Below are positions 9,201 to 18,200 of a DNA stretch of 50,967 bases, piece by piece. Position 1 is the stretch's first letter, and every line of letters begins with the position of its first letter. This DNA comes from Planctomycetaceae bacterium (lineage in GTDB: Bacteria > Planctomycetota > Planctomycetia > Planctomycetales > Planctomycetaceae), in assembly GCA_036501235.1 (NCBI GenBank), contig DASYAR010000143.1, positions 1 to 50,967 of the forward strand, in the 5' to 3' direction. The notes under the pieces were generated by a model. The model was given only the letters and a program-made list of their open reading frames with translations, had not been told where the DNA came from and searched no databases. The position numbers and the translations under genes are program-made.

Positions 9201-12200
9201 CCCGGTATGAGTCCGCCCCTGTCAGCCGGATCCAGTTTCTCGCGCCCAGTCCCCAGGCGGTACGATTGGGCGTGCGGTGAATTGACCGATGCCGCAACCA
9301 GGGCGCGCCCCGGAAGGCCGAGCACGCGATACGTGCCGTCAGGATCGACGCGGTAGTTCGTCCATCCCGTTCTCATTCCGCTGGGACCGAACTCGGCCGT
9401 AAGTTTTTGCGCGAATTCATTGGTGCGATAGGGCGTCCAGTGGACCACCGCCGAGACCGGTTGCCCGGTCGCCTTGTCGGCCACGCGGCCGGTGATCCAG
9501 ATACCCCGATGCAGTCCGATTTCCAGCGGGACCGGATCCAGCTTGGCGTCCACAGCAACGGTGGCCTGCCGACTAAAGTAGGGCTGGTCAGTTGGGGGCA
9601 CGATCATGATCAGATTTCCTTCCCCCAGCGGCATGCCGCTCAACTGAAATCGACCGTCTTTATCGGTGAAAGTATCGATCACGATCGATCCGAAGAGTGG
9701 CGATCCCGCGAAACGCCAATTGAAAATCCGAATGCCAGGCATCGGCTTTCCCGTCTCGGCGTCGCGCACAGTGCCCGTGACGGGACGCGAGGGGAGCGCG
9801 ACAAACTCGATTTCTGCCCCATACAACCGCCGCGCGAGTTTCGCCGCGTTGGGAGCACGCTGATCCATTTCCTGCATGACTGTTGACGCCCCGGGCCGGG
9901 TGACGATCGAGCCTTCACCATACGCGACGTTCGGTGCGGTGATGGAAAATTCCGCATAGCGCTCGCGACCGACCCCCGCCAAGCGAAACCTGCCCTGGTC
10001 GTCGGTTATCGCCGCGGGTAGAGGGATGCCGTCAAAGTCCGGCAGAAAGGTCATCCAGTCGTAGATTGCCATTGGGCGAATTTGGCCGCCGGCGACCGCT
10101 TTGAGGAAACCCGACAGATCGCCATCCTTTGGGGCGCGCAAGTTGCTTACCGCAATTTTGACGTTCCTGACCGGCCGTCCTTCCGGATCGAGAATTCGCC
10201 CAGTGACCGGGAGATCGTCACGCGCAAGCTCCAACATGACGTCTTCTTCTGACGGCAATTCATCCAACCGCTTCCATACCGGTCCGAAGTTGTCGCCGAA
10301 GGCGACGATGGTCGTCATCGAATCGCTCAGCGATAGGCCCCACGCGGCGAGCTCCAATTTCACCCTGCTGAACTCAATTTCGAAAGATCCGTCGGCCCGG
10401 CTTGTCGCTTCAGCCACCGGCACGTTCTTGACCCCGGTAGAAATGCCACCATACCACCCCACAACCCAGATTCTCGCCCCCGCAAACGGCTTGCCGTCCG
10501 GATCGACGACGCGGCCGCGGATCGTTCGCGACGACTGCGTACTCAGTGGGGGCTTCGTGGCTGGCTTGCCCGCCTCATTCTGCTGTGGCAGTTGTCGACC
10601 CTGCGGCACGAAAACCACATCGTCCAGGTCGAGGTCCTGGCCGGGTTTCAGCGTCTGTTGTTCCTTCGTCAATTTTGCATTTAAGGGCTTTCCATCCAGT
10701 CGAAGGATCAGGTGGAATGGCTCGCCGGGGACGAGATTTGTAATCCGGAACCGGCCGTCTTTGTCCGTCGCAGGAGCTGGCTTGCCCGTATTCAGAAACC
10801 GCTGGAATTCCTGCAGGACTTGCAAGCCGAATTCCGCGCTGCCAATCGGATCTCCCGATTCATCTACGGCCCGGCCCCAGATCGCGGCCGATTTTCCCAG
10901 CGTGAGCCGGACGGGCGAGGCCTCTTCACCGGTCAGCGTCACCGAACCGGCCAGTCCACGGTCCGGGTGCAGGGCGATGACCTGGCGCGGCCGATCGGAG
11001 CCCAGAGCGAAGATGGTCGTGCTCGCTTCCGTCACCTGCCTTGCCTGAAATCCCTGCCCATCGGCGAGACCGGACACGGCAAGCCCGGTGACCGGTTGTC
11101 CAACGTCGTCAACGAACTCCAGATCGACCGACTTGCCCCGATCGAGCTTCAGGTCGACGGAATACGGCCCGCCATCTTCAGAGAAGTTGACATACTTCAC
11201 CAGGTGATAGCGCATCAGCCCCATTTGTCCGATGGCTGTGGCAAAATACCGGCCGCCAAATTGACTGTCCTGTGGTTTGATCTGTGGGACGTCTTCGTCG
11301 CTGATGGCCCCACACCGAAAGATCGGCCCGGATTCAATCCGTGAGTTCGCTTCGACCGCCAATACGCCGCGGCCCGGCATGGCCGCGAATCGGAAATGGC
11401 CCTCGTCGTCCGCATATCCGATGATTCCGCCAGAATTACTCCCTTCGTATCCGGGTTTCTGGACAAACTCATTGCCCGGCAAGGGAAGGAACGTGATCGC
11501 GCCCCGGACGCCCCCGCCGGTCAATGGGTCCACGACCCGCCCGCTGACGACGATGCCGTTCTTCAATTCAATGTCGACCGTCTTGAGTCCTTCATCCCCA
11601 TTCGGCGAGAGGCGCACCATGCTCGGCAGCAGATCGCCGTGTCCGCTCATCGCAAACCTGACTGAGAGCTGGCGTCCGCGCGGCAACCCGCTGAGGCGAT
11701 AGCGGCCGTCGGCGTCGGTGGCAGTGCGCGTGAACGTCGTGCCCATGGGCGACGCGCCGACGGTCAGATCGGCGACCGGTTTCCCGCCGGCTGCGGTGAC
11801 CCGTCCCTCGATCGTCAGGCCCGGAACGCCGACGTGCGTGAACTCGGGGCCGACAAGCAGATCGGGCGCGCGGCCACCAAACACGTCGCGACGCGGCTGA
11901 TTGTAGGGGACCGCGTCGAGTCCCTGGCGGTTCGCGACCAGCACGGTCGTTGTCGCAAAATCGCCTGCCGAAATCTCGATCGCGCACAGGCGCTCGGCGG
12001 CGACGCCGTGCAGCACAATCCGTCCCTCGTCGTCGCTGACTGCGCCAAACGAATCCGGCAATCCGCCCGCCGCGTGTCGAGCGCCCGTGCGACCACCAAA
12101 TGTTTGTTTCTGGCGTTCGGCCAGAATCGCATCCAGCGAATTCCCCGTCTCAGGCGCCAGCAGAGATCGAATGGCGATCTTGGCGCCAGCCACCGGCCTG

Positions 12201-15200
12201 GCTTCCGCGTCGATCATCCGCCCCCGGATGACCTGTTCGGGGTAAAGAACTATTTCCGCCTGCGGGATCTCGCCCTGGTTGGAGATGTTGAACCATTCCA
12301 CACCATAATCGCGATGCTGGGCAATCAGAGATATTTCCCTCCAGGCCGGGAAGTCACTTTCCAAAATCTCGGCGGCAAATCGTCCCTCGGCATCGGTCGT
12401 GGCCTTGGGGTTGAGTTTCCATTCATTCTGTAATTGCGGTTGTTTGTCGGTCATCACCGGCACAGACAGCGCGACGCCAGCAATCGGCTTACCCGCCGCA
12501 TCGACGACGCGACCGCGGACCGTTCGCGACGACTGAGTACTCAGTACTGAGTACTCAGTACCGAGTGAAGATTTCACATTCCCATTCCCCGTGGCCCGAA
12601 TATCCGCTTTCTCCGTATTCGCAGCAGGCGAATTTGTCTTCCCCCCGTTCTCAGTGGAAACCCTTTTCTTCCCCCCGTCCACGGGGGGATCGAGGGGGGG
12701 CTTCTCGTTAGTCGTCGGTTTCACCGATTCCGCAGGCTTCCCGGAATCGAGCTTGAGCACCAGGTCGCCCAGGTTCTTTGTCTGGCCCGGTTCAGCCGTG
12801 ACATCAGAAAACACCGGCCCCTGCCGCGACCCCTTCAGCCGCCTCTCGGTGAAAAATCCCGGTCGGAAATTCAAGTAGGCGGAGTACTTCAAGCCGGGGA
12901 CGATACCCTTCAGCTCGAAGCGGCCGTCGGAATCGGTCTTCAAATTGATCTGCAAGACGCCGTGCTCCAAGTCGGCTGCCGATGGCTGGCCCCTCAGAAA
13001 AACCGTGTACCGCGAGTCTGAGATACTGACTTGGGGGAACGGCGCGTTCCCATCGTCTGCGTCAAGCACGCGCCCGACCAGAGTCGCCGCTGGTTGCAGA
13101 GTGATCGCCAGGTCTTTCGGCGGCTCGCCCGAGAGGTCGCGATAGCCCACGAGGTTCCGCTCCTGATGGAAAACGATCAGCCGCCGCGTCTCGGACGGGT
13201 TGTACGCGGTGACGTTGAAGCTTTCTCGTGTGTTCCTTTGCCAGACAACTCCCCGCCGGGCGCCAAAGACCAGGTAATTGATCAACGGCTGACCATCGGG
13301 CGCGAACACACGCGCCTGAAACTCGCTGCCGGTGCTGCGCAGCGCGAGATTAACGGTCGACTCATTGTCTTCCGGCCGCGGATTGATCGGCGCCAGCAGA
13401 CTATGAGCGGATGCAATGCAATAAGTCGGCCAGGTCTCAAATACAATCGAATTTCCTCCGGTCGCTTGCCTCGGACAGTCGATTCCGTCGGCCCCGACAC
13501 CGTCGGGAAATTCCGTTCCCGCCCGCAGCGCGAGAATTCCCTGGCCCGGCAACACGGGTATTTCGAAGCGGCCGTCGGCATCCGGGTGAATTCCGTTCTG
13601 CGAATGACCCTCGTGCAGACTGTCGGACTCTGTCGCGTGCGGGTTCGTCTTATAGGCGAAGTATTGGAGATTGCCGCGCACCGGTTTTCCTGTCGTTTCG
13701 TCGATCGCCCGGCCGCGAACGAGCACGCCGGCCGTGAGCGAAATGTCTCGCACGACGGTGGGGGCCGCCGCGGTCGTCGTCAGGTGCACGCCCCCGGGCA
13801 GGTGGCGCGATCGTGCGGGGGGAGTGATCAGCAGGTCGTTGACACCCACCGGCAGTCCCTCCAGGCGATATTTCCCATCAGTGTCGGTGACGACTCCTTT
13901 CCATTGGCCGCTCGATTCCACGCCCACTCCGGCCAGCGGCTGGCCCGTTTTGAAATCGGTGACGCGCCCCGTGACGGGGATCGACGGGCCGCTGACGAGA
14001 GTGAATTCATGGGGGTGATAGGTAAACGCCAGCGACGCGTGGGGAACGGGGCTGTCCAGGCCCAATTTGACCGTTTCCCCGGCGCGCGTCCGGACTCGTT
14101 CCTCGGATGTTTCGATTCCCGGGCCGCTGATCAGGAGCTCGGCGATCCGCTCGCGGCCAATTCCGTGCAACGTGAACCGGCCGTCTTCACCCGTATGGAC
14201 CACAGGAATCAGCGGGGGACGCGATCCCGCGAACACATTGCCGTGCATAGTTGCTCTTCTGGCTGGCGCCGATCCCATACCGCCGCGGAAATTAAAGTTC
14301 ACCGTATGTCCGCGGGCAATCTGGCGCAAGTGCGGGGTCGTCGTCGACGTGTCGGCGTCCGGCTTCTTCGACGCGGCGTCCCAGGCATCGAGCGTGCCGT
14401 CTTTCCCTTCCCAGAATTCGAAGGCCTCGATCGTTGCGCCGGCGACGGGTTGGCCATCGGCGTTCAAGATCCTCCCCCGGATCGGGATGTCGTCACGGAC
14501 CAGCGTCAGGACGTTGGATTTCTTTCCCGGCGGGATCGCGAGCCGGTCACGTTGCCGATCGGGCAACTCGCTGGCAGGCCGCCCGCTCGTCTCGAAATGC
14601 ACCAGAGGGCGAAACGCAAAACCGTAACCCGCTTTGACGGCCACCAATCCGGCATCGAACCAGAAACCCTGTCCGCCGTCAGCCCCGTCTACGAAGTCGC
14701 CGTTCTTCGCCGAGAATTCAAACTTGCCGCGTTCGTCGGTAAGCAGCGCAGGAAGGGCATCGGGCGCCGACGGGTTCTTGTGGAAATAGCTGACCGAAAC
14801 CTTCGCCCTGGCGACCGGTTGGCCCTGCTCGTCGACGACCGAGCCGGCGAAGGTAAACGTGCCGTCCGACTTCGCGCTCGATTTGGGAATATCCGCCGCA
14901 GGAGACTGAGTACTGAGTACTGAGTTCTCAGCACTCAGTGGGGGCGGCGTCGCTGCCGCCATGTTTTGTTTATTCGGCTGCGGCAATTGCTGATTCGGCG
15001 GTGCAAAGACGACGTCACCCAGATCGACTTCCTGACCTGGTTTCTGCGGCTGCTGTTCCGCGGTGAGTTTCGCCGTCAGCAGTTTGCCGTCAACGGACAC
15101 TCTCAGCTCGATTGGTTCACCGGGGATGAGATTGTCGAATCGAAACCGGCCGTCGGCGCCGGTTTTCTGCTGAGGCTTTCCGGTATTCTCGAATTTCTGC

Positions 15201-18200
15201 AACTGGAACGTCGCTTGAGAGAACGTCTCGCAAGCGGTCTCAGCGATCGGTGCTCCCGATTTGTCGACGGCCCGACCGCGGATCGCAGCAGCTTTGTCCA
15301 ACATCATTCGAATGGGGGAAGGCTCATTGCCGGTCACAGTCAGCAAACCGGCCAGCCCGTGCAGACTGTGCCGGACGATGAGTTTGCGAGGAGACTCGGC
15401 AGCCAGCGCATAGAGTGTGGTGCGCGACTCGTCGAGGCGGGTCGGAAAAGAAAAGTCGTCGATGCCGACGATGACGGCGCCGGTCACAGGCTGACCGTCG
15501 CCGTCGACGATCTCGAGCTCAGCCGTTTTGCCCCGGTCGAGCGTGATTTCGATCGGCTCTGCCTGGGCGCCTTCCGCGAGATCGACGTATTGGGCGATAT
15601 TCGACAGGTCCAATGAGGAAAAGCCGCCTCCCGCCGCCGGGAAGGCCTTGCCAAAGGGGCGTTCGGTCAGTTTCAGTTTCGCACTATCTGCCTTGCTCAC
15701 AACCCCCATTCGGAACGGAGAAACCATGTGCCCGCCGATGCGGATCGTGGGATTGACCTGCACCATCACGGCGCCGGGGCCGGGGATCACCGGAACTCGG
15801 AATTCACCACCGCCGTTTGCGCGAACCTGGCGGGCGCCACGCAGCGCGTCTTTGTAGCGCGGCTGATTGGCGAATTCATTTCCGAGCATCGGCACAAACC
15901 GCACGAACGCCGGCACCCCGTTGCCCGTCAGCGGATCGATCACACGGCCGCTTAACAGAGTGCCTTCGCCGACTGAGCCCAGTTTCAATTCGACATCGAC
16001 CGTTTTCTGCGCATCGTCGGCGGTTGTCGAAATGGTGACCTCATGCCTCAACACCTCGGTTTGACGCTCTGGGCCGCCGAAGCTCATGCGGACTTCGCGG
16101 CCGCGCGGCACTCCGGTCAGCCGATACCGCCCCTCGGCGTCCGTTGTGGTAACCCCGACGACCGACAAATTCGCGCTGGCGCGAACGATCAGATCGGCCG
16201 CCGGCTTGCCATTCGCCGTGGCGCGGCCCTCGATCGTCAATCCGGGAATCCCCACATGAGTAAAGTCGGGACCGACGAGTCGGACGGGGGCCTGACGATT
16301 TCCCGCAGCGGGCGGATTGTAAGGAGCCGTGTCGAGGCCTTGGCGATTCACCACAACCACCCGCTCGCGGACAAAGCGATCATCGTTGATTTGGATCTGG
16401 CAGGCGCCGTCGGCGGCGATGCCGTGGATCACAAACCGGCCCTCGGCATCGCTGATTGGAAGGTACGACGTGGGCATAAATCGCAACGTCAGAAAGCGGT
16501 TCTCGACAGGCGGGCCGGGCGAACCCTTTTTCCGCTCTTCCAGATACTCATCGAGCAGATTGGGCTGCCGAGGCGAGAGACGCGCACCAATGAATACTTT
16601 GGCGCCGGCGACCGGCCGACCCTCGGCGTCGATCATGCGCCCGGGAATCGGCTGTTCGGGCTTCAGGACAATCTCCGCGGCCGGCACGTCGCCCCGTTCT
16701 GGAATGTCGAATAGATCGAGCGCATACCCCGGATGTTCGGCGACCAGAGGCATTCGCCGTCCCTCTTCCAGCTCCAAGGCAAATCGCCCGTCGGCATCGG
16801 TTTTGGTTTGGGCGAGAAGCGGCCCATCGGCCTCCTCGGCGGCAATAACTCGGTTTGGGCCGAATTTCAGCACCTGCAGTGAAACGTCCGCGAGCGGCTT
16901 GCCCGCCGCATCGACGACGCGGCCACGGACGGACCGCGACTTTCCAGCTTCCGCCGCCCCCACCCCGGGGCTTTGCGTGGACGGAGAGGGGGATTCAGGC
17001 TTTCCGCCATCCGGGGAGGAAGCCTCTTTCTTCTCCCCATTCTCGGCAGGAACATTTTCCTTACCGCCGTCCACGGGGGGATCGAGGGGGGGATTCGCAT
17101 CCGGGTTATCGACCATGGGGAGCAGAGAATCGGGGTTGTCCTGAGCAGACTCCTGGGTACTCAGTACTGAGTACTCAGGACTTGACTCCGCGGCCGTTTC
17201 GGTTGGGACATCGTTTTGGGCTTCTTCAGCGACAACCACAAGTGGTGCTTCCTCTTTGCCGGTCGACGGCCGCAGCGCCGCGGCGAGCGCGATGAGCGGG
17301 ACGATGACTGCCACCAGAACGAGCGCCGTGCCGCGGGTGAGTCGCTGCGACAGGGGCCTCCGGAAATCGAGGATCGAGTCGATGCGCGTTTCGACGCTGG
17401 AGCAGCGGGCCATCGACACGCCGCCGATCACCAGGCGGCCGCGATGGGCGCGGGCCGTCGCGGCGACTTCCAGAAGGTGCCGGGCGTAGCTGGCCCGGTC
17501 GCCTGTCGTCCCGATCGCCGCGTCGTCGCAGGCGGCCTCGGCCAGGCTCGCCAGCCGCCGGCGAAGCCACCACGCCAGGGGATGGAACCAGTACAGGCAG
17601 CGATTCAGCTCGGCCAGCAAAGCCAGAGCGCAATCACCTCGCTCGGCGTGCGTTCGTTCGTGAATCAGGACGACGTGCAGTTTTTCGACCGACCAGTTAA
17701 TCCAATCCGGCGGCAGCAGGATCCGCGGGTGAAAGACACCCAAGGTGAACGGAACGCGAATCGTCGGACACTCCAGAATCGGCACATCGCGCCGCGAGGG
17801 AGCGAACGTGTTCGCATTCGTCACCAGCGCCGGCAACCTGGCCGGGTCGATCAGCCGCGAGGCGCGTCGCAGTTTCTGCGCCATCCACAATCCGGCCAGC
17901 AGGCGCAACGTCAACAGGGCGGCACCCAGGATCCACACGCTCCAGAACACCAGCGGGATTCGCGCCATGAGGCTTTTCCAGACAGACGGCTCGACGGCCG
18001 CCGCGATCGCGCTCCTCTCGGCCGCTTCCGGCTCGACCGGTTTCGTCTCCGCGACGGCTGCCGGCTCGGCCGACGGATTCTCGGTGAGCGCGTCGTCGGA
18101 TGTGCCATACGATTGTGGCGGACCGCTGTGAAATTCACCCGGCCAGCGGCCCCGAGCGCCCGGCCAATCGGGTCGTCCGGCCAGGGCCCGGTCGTAACCG

